DNA of 64,000 nt, from positions 23,808,001 through 23,872,000 of the forward strand of contig JBHGNT010000005.1 in NCBI GenBank assembly GCA_043228905.1, read 5' to 3'. Below are positions 13,131-25,105 of the stretch, in pieces (position 1 is the first letter of the stretch; each line of letters starts with the position of its first letter). Position numbers and translations under genes: made by a program. The notes under the pieces were generated by a model, which saw only the letters and a list, made by a program, of their open reading frames with translations, was not told the origin of the DNA and did no database searches. Source of the stretch: Azolla caroliniana (Eukaryota > Plantae > Polypodiophyta).

Positions 13131-14357
13131 ATTTAGTACTGAAGATCTTCAATGTTTAGTTGTATAACTTGTATTAGTACTAACATTGTTCATTATATTG
13201 TACGTTTTGTGTCCACTTGACTAACGCTCTAGATAACCGAACAAATAGGCATGAAGGTCTTGGTTGTTTAGTGCTAACATTGTTCATTACCACATGAAAT
13301 ATTGACTGCATGTCCAGATGGTTCAATACTGTGCCGTCAAGTTCCTTTTTTGTCAATTCAGTACTAACATTACTGATTACAATGTATTCCTTGGTGATGA
13401 GTTGACTCAGTAATGATTATTTAGTACTAAAGGTCTTAAATATCCACTTGATTCAGTATTGATAATATTTGTAATATTGGACTCATGTTATAATATGTAC
13501 TAGATTATAATATGAATGTTGTAGTATCAAGCAACACCACACCAGGGAAGGTAATTGACCAACCAGCCCCCACGCTACTACGTATAGAGTCTTGCAAATT
13601 CCAAAGTCCACGGTTGTTCGTTAGTGATAACTAATAAAATTTATGATGAAGATGAATGTATCAGAAGGGCAATTGGAACAGTTGAAGATGTGTTGCTTTA
13701 AATAAATTCTCCTAGCTTAGCTTTCCCTGACTGTGTGAATGGTAATGCTAATTGCGTGTGATCTTCTAATATCTAAAATGATGGTATACTTCTAATTTCT
13801 TATGTTTCTATCAAAGAGCCTACGAAGAAGTGTAATGCTACAAGGAAATTGTATGGAAAGGGGAAGAAATGCAGACTTCATTGTAGTGGTGGGTCATACA
13901 AATTCTCACAAACTTTGAGAGTTGTAAAGTTAATGAATTAGACTAATACCGCGTACTTTTGTTTTTAGACAAAGAAGAAAAAATTAATGAAAATGGAGAT
14001 ACTAATTTAGGGCCAAAGCATGAAGAAGAATTTATCTCACTCCTACATACATGTTGGGAACCGTCTCATGTAATAGTTATTTTGACCATATCACCCTAGC
14101 GACAATAATGGGATTGGTGTATTACTATATAGAAAGTGTTGTGAAATCTTGGCATGATGAAGAGTCCCAACCTGAGACTCGCACCATCCCAATCAGGTCT
14201 TGCAACACATGACAAACATAATCATCTGCAAAGACTCATCTACAAAAGACTAGGATGAAGATGTAAGGGTAGGTAAACATTTATCCCTTAACCTTGTATG
14301 TTAATTGATATGGCTAGGTGCCTTCACTTTTTAAGAATGTGAATTGATATTGGGGAG

Positions 14358-14793
14358 TGTTCAGCAAGCAAGCTCAATGTGGGTTGGATCAGCTAAACAA
14401 GCCAAGAGCCGGACTAAATGAAGAGCTCGATCGGAAGAGCTCGATTCGATGAGCCGGACTGGAGAGAAGGACCGACATGCGAACCGGCATGCCATTGGAG
14501 GCATATGCTCCTAGAAAACCAGGTAGTTATGACTCTAGGAGTTAGTGTTAGTAGCTCATTATGAGCATTGAAGTACATGTCAGTAATTCCATCAATCCTT
14601 TTAAGGACTTGTAAAAAGTGTTCTTTAGGACATTTGTATATACATAGTGATATTTTTGGAATTTGAGTTGTGTGTGTTTTGCTCTCTATGTCTCTCTTGC
14701 GTGTACTCTATGTGTATCTTCAAGCTTCCATTAAACCCGCACATATTATCTGTTGATATACGGTGAAGTCAGTTACGTCTACGAGCTTCTACA
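14358..14793 (+). mobile_element. Solo LTR, Copia-type (related to LTRs at 12724-13130 and ~24696-25105)
   Basis: TGTTCAGCAAGCAAGCTCAA...CTTCTACA; shared CCATTAAACC block. No clear TSD. Confidence 0.6.
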
Positions 14794-14799
14794 TGTAAC

Positions 14800-17062
14800 T
14801 CTTCTCACATATCATGTGCCGAAAGGGATTTGGAATTTTTGGGATGGCAATGATACGTGGTGAAGAAAGGCTCTATTTTTCAACACTTGGGCTATCCATT
14901 ACGAATGAATGTTAGAAATTTTCAATTGATTGAATGTATGTCTAGTAAGTTGAGGGATAAGTTCATGTATTGGAAGTCAGAATCTTGGCCATTTCATGTA
15001 TGCTTGAAGGTTGTACCATGTATTATGGAACCCATGATATTATATTACTTGCCATTGTTGCCATGGACAAAGAAGGCTTTGCATTTTTTTTTTGCAACCT
15101 CTCTGATATTTGTTCTGGAGAAGAGGGATAAGATGGGAATCACTTGGGTTGCGTGAAATCATGTAGCAACCCGTAAGTGCTTGGGGGGGGTTGTAATATT
15201 GAACTTATCTATGCATACGATGGCTCATAGATTTTCATTATTACAAGACATGTGTTGAAACTCACCACCATGGATATCTATTGTTCAATATTTCATTGAG
15301 AACAAGGGTTTAACACATGGGAGAACAACGATTAAGGCTTCATGGTGGCAATTACTAAATGGATGTATTTCACTTAGGATTTTGGGCTCTTCATGTGTTC
15401 AACACTTGGTTACCTCATGGCAAGAAGCACTCTTGTTATGTGTATGGAAACCATCATCTAGTAGAGAGCATTGTAATTTTTTGCAAAAAGAGTTACTTGT
15501 GTCTTCTCGATTATTATGTTAGCCATGAAAGGACAAATTGCACTCTCAATTTAATCGTTGTTTCGTTTGGGTGTCAAAGTGATGAGAAATATGCGGAATA
15601 TCACTTGGTCACAACCGAGTGTTGAACACAAAAGAAATGGGAAAGGAGGAGAGTACATAGAAATATGACAGAAGATGTTTACATGGAAAACCCTAATAGG
15701 GAAAAACCACGGGAGTCCAAAGACTCCAAACTATCACTATGAAGAGAGAAAATACAAGGTAGAGGCAAAAAGGCAATGACCTCGTGCTCTCAATATTTGC
15801 CAAGCGGCGGTTACAATAGAGAGTGCTCGTAGCTACTATCACTCTCTCTCTCTCTCCCTGTCTCTATACAACAGTTACAACAATATGCAACGCACAAAAA
15901 ATACTTTCTATGTTTGTATACTAAAGTGATTGCCCTAAGTCATATTTATAGTTATATGAACTTAAGCCTATTTACAAATATAACCTCAATGGGCTTATTC
16001 AAGACATATTTACAAATCAGTCTTCACTTCCGGTTCTCACCGGGTCCACTGATCCGGTTTCCGGATCTCTTCTGGTTCTCACCGGGTCTTCTCCATTCAT
16101 AGTCGGATCCCATCCGGAGGGACTGATTTCCCAACACAAGGAGGTGGGATATATAGTTGAGGCTCCATCTCAAAGAATTTTGGAGTTTGTTGAAGCGCGA
16201 CCATTGTTACGCATCCTGCCTAATTATGGGTTTATTTGGCAACAACTACAATATATTGCATTGATGCAAGGTTCCTTACCTCAACAAACAGGGGAACAAC
16301 CATGGATTGATTGGTTTTTATGGGGTCAAACATCATTGTTACAAGTGACTCCTAATATTTTGTATCATTGCTCTATTGAGTCTCTTGGATGGCTATCATC
16401 TAAGGCTCAAGAAGAATCAAAAATACATAAATCTGATCATGGGTGGTGGCAGATCTTACAACGTAGTTGGCATTCTAAATTGCCACCTATAGCAAAGTTC
16501 TTAATTTGGAGAGTTTTGATTGGAGGATTGCCTTTGGGATTAGCTCCAAAGCATTGTGGACTCGCAACGGGTAATTGCTTTTTTTGCACTGTTGAAATGG
16601 AAGATAGTACTCATCGATTTATACAATGTCCGATTGCTTGTTAGATTTGGAGTTACTTTTCTCAAATTTGGCAAGTTTTATGACGGTGTTATTTGACACC
16701 TAGACATTGCGTGTTTGCAAAATTTACACACATTGACCCAAAATCGGAGATGGAGATTTCTAATTCTGAGATATTGGGGATTGTGTGATAATTGGAACAT
16801 GCACAATGTTGTTGTATTCGATGGTAGACATGGAGTGAAAGCATATCTACGAAAGTTGAAGGGAGTACTAATGTGGCAATTTTCTTTATTGGAGCAAGTG
16901 GAAATTCTTTCCTCAATGAAGTGTTCGTCTTGCATATTGGCAATTCAACATGTTCCACTACCCATGTAGTGTAGTTAGTAGGTGACCATACTCCATTGTC
17001 ACATCCATTGTAAGTAGTTTTTTTCACACACATTTATTAATATAATTGTGTGTTTTCACCAA
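14800..17062 (+). mobile_element. 3' fragment of a second copy of the same L1/Tx1-like family, interrupted by a solo LTR and ending in (GA)n
   Basis: ORFs 14857..15156, 16144..16644 and 16715..16969 are homologous to the minus-strand ORFs at 3105-4782 (HLGYPL, WPFH, PNYGFIW, EDSTHRFI.CPIAC). The 3' end TTAATATAA...TTTTCACCAA resembles 3013-3040. Confidence 0.85.
15580..16136 (-). mobile_element. Solo LTR (Copia-type family shared with 30969-31599)
   Basis: Minus strand reads TGTTGGG...CATCA. TSD CAAAG/CAAGG. Shares GTCCCTCCGGATGGG, GGTGAGAACCGG and TAGGGTTTTCCA motifs with the 30969 LTR. Confidence 0.85.
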
Positions 17063-17084
17063 GAGAGAGAGAGAGAGACTAACT

Positions 17085-17300
17085 CAAGGTTGTTGGCTTG
17101 AGATTCTTACTTGTACATTCCTCTTACTGTTAGTGATTTTCTAGGAGTCAGTGAACTCATATGGTTTTTCCCATTTAGGGTTTCCATGTTAAAATCATGT
17201 GTCTTTGTACCTTCATTTTCTGTCTACTCCTTTTCTATCATTTTGATCTTTGCACCCACATACGCACGTGTATCAACCGGTTGTGGCCGGTAGTATCCTC
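17085..17300 (+). mobile_element. Partial LTR remnant of the same Copia-type family
   Basis: TTTTTCCCATTTAGGGTTTCCATGTTAAA and CGGTTGTGGCCG match the U5 portion of 30969-31599. Confidence 0.5.
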
Positions 17301-19282
17301 GTCAGGTGCCACACAAGATATGGCATAAAACCGTTCAATAGTTGTACAATTCTCATTTGGATTACATTCAATGAATTTGAGACATTCACCATGCATTGGG
17401 TGAAAGGGACTAATATGATTTGATAGAAGGGACCATATGTGCATGCATTATCATGATCTTGACAACCAATGAATGGAGGGTCATTTAGAAAAGCACATCT
17501 CTGCACGAGGCCAAGGTATGGACCATCGATGGTAGGTTGGCGTTGTTCTTTATCATAGCTCAAGGGTGGTCGAGAGGAACATGTTCTTTTATCCCATCAA
17601 TTTACTTTTCTTTACTTTAATTTGGTCTATTGATTAGTAATAGAGTCGGTCTTCATTGTATACGTTAGAATTTAGTTCACTATATTTTTTTGAAAATTCA
17701 TGGGTATTTGGGGAACATAAAATTCCCCCTCCTTTTTGGGGGGTAATAAGTTTCATAAGGGGAAGAGTGTGTGTGAAAAAGGGGTTAAAAGAAGTATGAT
17801 AATGTAGACTTTACGCTAGACCCCTATGAGCATACATGTCTATTGCCAGGGTTCTTCCTCATCCATAATACTCTGCTTTCCCAATCTCGAGGAAGTTGGA
17901 GTAGAACAGGCGACATATAATTCAAAAGAACCATCGTTATCAGTACCGATGCCATACATGGATGTATGTATGGATGTTAGGGTACACATCATAGTAAAAA
18001 GACGTAGCTTCGCCACTATCTAGTTGGATTTCCATTGAATCATTACCAAATTAGATTTTCCACACCTATTTCTTTCAGAATAGCTAGCCAAGTCAGCCCT
18101 TGGGCCTATCTCTATAGGTTGGTTTTTCAGATCCCATCACTCCAGGCTCAGTTGATCTTGCATCTTGCTCAATAAATCATATCTTTGGTATCTCATTGCC
18201 TGCCTGCGGTTCATCGCTGAAGGCGTTTGTTTAACTGTCTATGCGGGGTCCATTGCTTCGCCTAGTCCTTGCACATGGAGCACTTGGTTGCACTCATTCC
18301 TTCTTCGCATGGTTTAATGCATGCAAGAAGTATACGTTCCGTAAAGGCAACGTTCCAAGAAAGAAGAGTGAGGCATGCGGCGCTGCCGACAAAAGGCGGC
18401 GATGCCTTCCAAGCCGAGTGAGAAAAATGACTCAGACAAGAAGGCTATGAATGAGCACCTGGACTCGCCACTACCGTACCTAGGGTTGTCCATTGTGATT
18501 ATGCCGAGGGTGTCTGCCGTAAGCCTAGCAAAAGAAGAAGATATTGTTGTGATCTGAGAGGCAAGCGTCGTAGTAGTTGGGGTATTGGTTCTTTCCTCCT
18601 TTTATTTTCCCAGTCGGTGCTCTCACCCTCGAAGAAGCATCGATCGGACGATCGCAAGGCGGCATTCTATTTATGGAATTTCCATCGGCGAGCGTGCGTG
18701 AGAGGGGTCTGGACGTCGTTTTCTTCCAACCAGAACCCCATTAATTATGACGTTCAACATCACAGTATGCTCAATTCATTGAGGTAGCTAGTCAAAGGCT
18801 ACTAGAATGCCGAATACAGAAACTACCCGAGCTAATGATAAAGCTAGGAAGAGTTTCTGTCCAAGTCTCATTGGTGAATCATAACAATGTCATAGAAATG
18901 ATGCGCAAACCCATATATATACGAACGGAAAGAAAATAACCTTTGTGCCAAACTAGATTGAGCCCCGAATTCCCTAGAAATTAGGAAGATCTAAAATGGA
19001 TGGCCAACCTCCTGGGAAAGGCGGTGTACATAGACTAGGAGAGTGAGGGCCAACCATGGTACTAGGAGCTTCACTGTAGAGGTTCAATCACACTTGGAAC
19101 AACGTAGGTTCACGTGAATGATGGTACCCATGATGGTCATTCAGTTCTTGTGTCCATCATGTAGGAAAATGAGCCTTCATGATGAAAAAGGGGTTGGCGG
19201 GTTTGAAGAACCACCTTGTAAGTGACCTTGGCAGCGCATTATAGTCTCTCTCGTGACCCTAACAGACACCCAATAGTTAGTT

Positions 19283-19507
19283 ACGCTAGAAGGTGCGAAA
19301 TTAATTGGAGTAGGAGCGGCTATCATTGCCTCAGTGGGAGCAGTAGGAGGTACTGGAAATGTATCTAGTCCTTTGACAACCTTTGTGGTGTGAAATCTCT
19401 TATTAGCCAAATAATCATTTGGTTATGTTACTCTAGGATTTGCCTTAACAGAAGTTATTGTCTCGTTTGCTTGGACGATGGCCTTCTCAAAATCATTCGT
19501 ATCTTGA
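19283..19507 (+). pseudogene. atp9: Mitochondrial ATP synthase subunit 9, unedited genomic form, intronless (NUMT)
   Basis: 75 codons colinear with MLEGAKLIGAGAATIA...GFALTE...MAF. ACG start; in-frame TGA and TAA at conserved Arg and Gln positions. Confidence 0.93.
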
Positions 19508-19576
19508 TAAAACAAAGAAGAACAAATAGTTGTACCTGCATACGGGATGGGGGGCTTGATGAATCCCCTATTTCCA

Positions 19577-19650
19577 GGGGAAATAGCTCAGTTGGTTAGA
19601 GTGCTGGTTTGTCACGCCAGAAGTTGTGGGTTCGAACCCTGTTTTCCCCA
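19577..19650 (+). tRNA. trnD: Mitochondrial-type tRNA-Asp(GUC), NUMT copy
   Basis: GGGGAAATAGCTCAGTTGGTTAGAG...TGTCA...GGTTCGAACCC...TTTTCCCC cloverleaf; native plant-mitochondrial type. Confidence 0.9.
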
Positions 19651-20422
19651 TTAGCATCATGCCAAGTTAGTTTTCTGAAGTCGGAGTTGATGATATTGAT
19701 GGAAAAGAAGCCCGACCACCCCTGCCCTTCGAGTAGAGCAAGTAGCAGAAAAACCAACCTTGTCAGTCTCTACCCTTTTTACACAGGCTATGCCTTTTCT
19801 CGTTTAGCTTAGTGTTGAAACATTAGTTTAGGTCATTTAGAGCCCATTCTGTGGCGGTTGGCTCATCCTTTGCCCCCCGTGTTGGCTTGGCTACTGCTTA
19901 AAGCCTTTATGCTTCCCTCAATTAATCGATTTGTGCAACTTTACCACCTTTCAATTCAATTTGATTCCAAAAGTCAGGTCACGTACTCTTATCTAAGCAG
20001 ACTTGGCATGGAAATCATGGATGGGGTTTTCGGCCACGAATGGGCAAGCCTTTGCAGTACCAGGTAGGCCTCCATGGGAGAGTGTGATGTACCAAGTCAA
20101 TCGTTTGAATCCAGAAAACCTTCCAGCTTGCTTGAGAATGGAATCTTTCAATTATCAGAACTCAAATGGAATGTGAAAGCCTGTCTAAGACGACAATGGA
20201 ATAGTTTGAAAATAGCCCACAAAAAGGCGAAGAAGGGTATTAATGGTTGGCATGAAGCAAATTAAGCGTTTGAATCAAAGGATAGTTACCTATATAACAT
20301 TCATTTATATATACTAATATACTGCCATCGCGATATGCCCGGCGAACCGGGTCAGAGTTGTTCTTTCTCGTTCAATTACCACATAGAAATGTATCAATTA
20401 GTAATAGTTATTTAATACATGT

Positions 20423-20495
20423 GGTTGTATAGCTCAGTTGGTAGAACATTGGGCTTTTAATCTAATGGTCGCAGGTTCAAGTCTTGCTACACCCA
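20423..20495 (+). tRNA. trnK: Mitochondrial-type tRNA-Lys(UUU), NUMT copy
   Basis: TAGCTCAGTTGGTAGA...CTTTTAA...GGTCGCAGGTTCAAGTC...TACACCCA. Confidence 0.9.
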
Positions 20496-20762
20496 GACTT
20501 GAGACTTATAATAATTACATGATTACAAAAGGAAGTGTACCTCAAAGATCACTCAGATTCGGCCCAGTTGTGTTGTTAAAGGGGCCACCTGTAAACGTGG
20601 CTAGGCTGTACAATTTAATTAAGTTGCCCCTTGCACTTACCTTATGCCTCGACATCATCCATTTGAAAGCGCGCTCGCGGAACCACTCGAGGAGGAGGGC
20701 AAAAGTTGGCTTGCTTTTCCGCCTGTAGTACCCTCTGATAGAGCTAAGATTGGAGCTGCCTC

Positions 20763-21084
20763 AGCCATCGATGGATGGTGTTCTTCGGCTTATTGTCACT
20801 CTGGATGGAGAAAATGTTGTTGATTGAGAACCAATATTGGGATATTTGCATAGGGGAATGGAAAAGATCGTCGAGAACCGAAAAATTGTACAATACCTTA
20901 CGTCACGAGGTGGGATTACCTAGCAACCATGTTTACGGAGGTAATGATTGTCAACACACCGGAAACATTGGCAAATATCTGAGTACCTGAAAGGGCTAGT
21001 TATATAGATGTGATAATGCTTGAACTAAGCCAAATAGCTTCTCACTTGTTGTGGCTTGGACCCTTCATTGCGGATATTGGTGCT
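20763..21084 (+). pseudogene. ndhH: Plastid ndhH 5' fragment with frameshifts and stops
   Basis: Translates as [36 protein letters not shown]...[13 protein letters not shown]...[26 protein letters not shown], which is the plastid NdhH rather than the mitochondrial Nad7 signature. Confidence 0.88.
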
Positions 21085-21090
21085 TAGCCT

Positions 21091-21162
21091 AGTAGAAAAA
21101 GGGACTCGAACCCTCAACTCCAACCTTGGCAAGGCTATAATCTACCATTAAGGTATTTCTGC
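21091..21162 (-). tRNA. trnG: Mitochondrial-type tRNA-Gly(GCC), degenerate NUMT copy
   Basis: Minus strand GCAGAAATACCTTAATGGTAGA...CCTTGCCAAGG...GAGGGTTCGAGTCCCT. Confidence 0.85.
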
Positions 21163-21804
21163 CAGCGGAACCAGAGCCGAGTGTGGTTCTTCCCCTGTAG
21201 AGAAAGCGATATAGCTTTCGGGGGAAGAACCGCAATGAAGACTTCATTGCAGTCTTCATTGCGGTTCCCTTGGAACTATTGACTTGAGACTTCGATGAAT
21301 GATCGATAGGTTCATGCCCGAAGAGATTCAAACTATCCCAAATTCGAAGTTTGGTGCTCGAGCTATAGGCACAAGTTGACCTGATAGACCGAACAAAGGC
21401 TAGTAAAATCTAACGCTTAGCTTAGAAGGTCGTAAGATTAGACCAGACTTTGCCAAGAAAATGAATGTAAAGCATTGAAAAAGCATTGCTTAGTGGTTGG
21501 CTTTGGCCACCTTTACGACCCAAAGACAAATCTTCGAGTTCCAACTTATTATCCTGCAATGTTACGGATTGACTGTTACTGGTGCTAGGTAAGGAGTTTC
21601 AGTTTTGGGCGTCACTTTCGAAATATCTCGAGTAATGGGTTCATGTGAGTGCATGAACAATCAAACTACTCTACTAGGTTGCTTCCCGACCGGTTTTGCA
21701 GCTTGCTCCCCTTCGGCGGTAACTTTTCAAGATATGACTTGGGTCAATGGTAAGGCTATTGACTCTTAATTTGGAGGTGCAAGGTTTAAATTCTTACTTG
21801 CACC

Positions 21805-22370
21805 TAACAATGGGCCCAGTTTCGGCTTAAACTGAACCGAACCGTTAAACCATGGTTTAAAGGTTTATAAGTTCCAAAATAATTAAATGGTTTGGGTTGG
21901 TTTTAATTAATAATAAACGGTTCAGTTTCAGTTCGGTTTAGTTTTGAAACTAAGGTTTATAGGTTTATAGGTTTTTCGGCTATCATTTTTTATCCATTAA
22001 ATGTTTATGTAATTTAATGGTTTAATTAATGTTTTACATTGGTTTAATTCACTTAACTTAATTGTTTATTTAATCTAATGGCTCAATTAATCTTATTTAT
22101 TTATTTATTTATTTTAACATAAATGCATTTTTAATTTTGTGTATTTTTATTGAATTAATTTTTTAATTAGCTTGGCTTAAATGTGGTTAGGTTTAAACTT
22201 TTTATTAAATGGTTCGGTTTGGTTTTAACTTTTCCCTAAACGGTTTTGGTTTAAATGGTTTAGTTTACATTTTTTTAATGGTTTGGTTTAAATGTTCGAA
22301 TGCTCATAAACGGTTTGGTTTGGTTTGGTTTTGAAGGCGCCGAAACTGAACCGAACAAGGCCCATTGCTA
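21805..22370. mobile_element. hAT-type MITE, 566 bp
   Basis: TIRs TAACAATGGGCC / GGCCCATTGCTA (1 mismatch). Perfect 8-bp TSD CTTGCACC (21797-21804 and 22371-22378). Many AACCG/CGGTT subterminal motifs and an AT-rich core. Confidence 0.92.
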
Positions 22371-22452
22371 CTTGCACCCCTTTGTATAGATTTTTTTTTA
22401 CTAGGCTTTAGTCTTGTATTTTTAAATGTTTGAGTGCATATTACACCCCTCC

Positions 22453-22640
22453 GTGAGCCGCGACCGTGCCCCGCACCACCGTTCGAACTGTGCGCGTCCC
22501 AATCGAGCCGTGCACACGTACGCTCGTTCCGACCCATGATCAATCCGTGCGCGTGCCCAATAGGTCTGTGAGCCGCGACCGTGCCCCGCACCACCGTCTG
22601 AACCGTGCACGTCCCAGCAGAACCGTACACGCGTACGTAA
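22453..22640 (+). repeat. GC-rich direct repeat (two copies ~115 bp apart) inside the LTR
   Basis: GTGAGCCGCGACCGTGCCCCGCACCACCGT at ~22453 and ~22568. Confidence 0.8.
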
Positions 22641-23715
22641 GCTCTTGAAGATATCAATCTTTTTGTACCACGATATTAAACTCATTTAAAATAGTTATTT
22701 CACTATTATTGTTTCATATTGTGTGAAGAACCACACTTGATTTTGTATGTTCCATGCGATTTTCACACTGTTGCTGAAAATCTTCACGACATCCACCCCC
22801 ACCAAATCGCACATCCTTCAGTACGTGCCAAGAGGAGAGAGTGTGAGATTTCGGCTATGGTGATCAGTATGATTCCTCCACGTCCTCGTTCACGTAGCTC
22901 AAGTTTACAGGTTCTGCCCTACTATCTTCATCGTTGAGGTGATTGAGGTCAAGACGCTCGTCTTGTCTTTTCTTGAAAATCTTTACTCTTTTTCCCGCAA
23001 TGGGTATGGCCACCGTCTAGCTCTGCAAGGTGGTATGTGGTATTATCATTGGCACTCATTACCACATATGGCCCAGACCATCTTCTTGCGAACTTTCTTG
23101 TTGTCATGTGTTGATTGTCAAGACTATTGTTGTAGACCAATACCCAATCTTCTTCTTCGATCGGCTTGGGTAGCAGTTGAGGTGTCTTCTCGAACCGAAT
23201 CTTGTTCTTCACTCGGGTTGCCTCCATCATCTTTCGCGCTTTTTCAAGATCTTCAGGCCTTCTTTAAAAGCTGCCTTATCCATGCCGCTAATAATTCTTC
23301 TTGGCTCATCTCGTTCTCCCATGGTATCGCTACCCATGAGGTGATCGTCCTTTTGATGGGCATTACCAGCTTCTGTCCATACATAAGCTCTGTTGGCATA
23401 TACCTTGTTGCCGAACTAAGTGTAGTTCTGTCGGCCCACAAGGCATAGGGCAATAGTCGTGGCTAGTTCCCGACTCGACCGTCGCATGCTCATACGATGG
23501 CTATCACTATTGGTCCATGCCCTTGCTTGATCTTCCCATTTGCTTCTGGATTGTAAGCAGTCGTGAGGGAGATATTCACTCCTAGTCGTTCGAAGAGCTT
23601 TGTTGCTTCGTGTGCATCAAACTCCCCTCGGTCAAGCACTATCTTTCCCACACATCCGTAATGGCAGACGACCTCTTCGATTAGAAATTTGCAAACACCT
23701 GACATCGTCTTTGTT

Positions 23716-23880
23716 TGCTCCTCGAATTCACCATGAAGGAACGTCGTCTTTACGTCCAACCGCTTGACCTCGAGGTCCATGCTTGCCGCAATGCTCAACA
23801 CAGTCCAGATGGATGCCATCTTTACTACGGGGCAAAGATCTCGTTGAAATCCACTCCGTTCTTCTGTTGGAAGCAAGTTT
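23716..23880 (-). mobile_element. Copia RT fragment
   Basis: PVVKMASIWTVLSIAASMDLEVKRLDVKTTFLHGEFEE, closely similar to the Copia RT at 60150-60280. Confidence 0.85.
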
Positions 23881-24695
23881 GGGGGAAGTATGCAAACACA
23901 TAGCCATTGAAATCAAAAATGTGAATTGGTGCAAATTTCCAACAGTAAATCTGAAATTTTCAACATTAATAAAAAATCAACTATTTAAAAAATAAAAAAC
24001 GCTAATAAGAAATCAACCGCTTAAGAAAATCAAAAACCTTGATAAGAAACCCTAATTAGAAATCAATCATTTAAGAAAATCAAAAACCCTAATATGATGT
24101 ATGAAATCAACCCTAATCAAAAAAATTGTCAGTCAGAAACACACCTGGTGCTACACCCGATCTTCGAGACATCCTTGTTTGGAATACCAATGACTTCGCC
24201 CTAATCGTTTTTTATAAAAGATGAATAGGCAACAAAGTAACAATTAGATCAGAAAGGGAAAAAAAAAGATTTTTTAATGTGTAACTGATACATACCTAGA
24301 TGAGGATCGAACTGTTGGTGTGTGGTAGCTCTGAAGGTGCAATATCGATATCAGAGTTTTTGTCCTATTGCGGGAGCTTCGTGTGCGTTCGTGCTCACAA
24401 TACTCCATCTATTTGGATTTCGAACTCAAACTCAAGATTAACAGGAATTTGGTGACATTCAAGTCCAGTTTAGATGAGGGCATTGTTCCCCAAGTTCCAC
24501 TATACCAGAAACCAAAGCTCAAATATTTTAGTATTCTCATAAATTAAATGACATGTATTTAACTAATAAAGCATAAAATTTCGTAAATGATCCTTATGAT
24601 TTGCCCACAATAAACTAGCTAAACAAATAGCTAAATAGCTATGGCCATTTTAGTAGCTAATTAGCTATAATAGTGTTTCCACTCTCATGCTTTTA

Positions 24696-25105
24696 CCTGG
24701 AAGCTAAGACAAAAATGGCTCAGTCGGATGATTCACAAAACATAGAGAGAGAAGGTTTAATGGAAAGCGTGAATACGCTGATGAGACTAAGTAGAGCAGA
24801 ACACGAGACGTCTATATTTAAAAAAAACACAAAAACACTCTACACATACAATTGTGCTTAAAGGCACTATTTATACAAGTCCTTAAGGACTGACTAAAGT
24901 ACTGACAAGTACTCTGATGCTTGTACTAAGCATCAGACGCAGACTCCCAAATATATACCTACGTACTAGGCTAGATTCGTAGGCCTCTAACGGCCTACCA
25001 GCTACGATCTGATCCAAATTACGATCCAACTCTCCGATCCGGCTTATGGTTCCGGATAATAATCTGGACTCTGATCCAGATCCAGTTGAGCTTGTCTGCT
25101 CAACA
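24696..25105 (-). mobile_element. Solo LTR, Copia-type (related to 12724-13130)
   Basis: Shares AGGTTTAATGGA, AGTACTGACA, GACTCCCAAA and TAACGGCCT blocks and the CTCAACA end with the 12724 LTR. Left edge approximate. Confidence 0.65.

Larger units (their letters stand above)
17570..21720. other. NUMT: nuclear insertion of mitochondrial DNA (boundaries approximate)
   Basis: Contains mitochondrial atp9, trnD, trnK and trnG plus a plastid ndhH fragment, embedded between nuclear TEs. Confidence 0.8.
21730..23715 (-). mobile_element. Degenerate 3' end (integrase, PPT, 3' LTR) of a Gypsy related to the 48742-56007 family
   Basis: Integrase peptides LTTAYNPEANGKI, PYALWADRTT and RKFARRWSGPY match pol 49528..52995. 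PPT GGTGGGGGTGGA at 22792-22803. LTR edge CACGACA at 22791. Left boundary uncertain. Confidence 0.8.

Noticed and set aside
11591-14800. LINE piece at 14800-17062 as the continuation of the 8771-11591 half
   Set aside because: It would require loss of the whole RT, whereas the minus-strand half continues at the exact next codons. Disfavoured but not excluded.
17300-19230. Short ORFs that might be additional organellar genes
   Set aside because: No recognisable protein or RNA motif; left unannotated.
19577-21162. tRNAs as functional nuclear tRNA genes or evidence of bacterial DNA
   Set aside because: They are plant-mitochondrial types with stem mismatches, adjacent to atp9, inside nuclear TEs.
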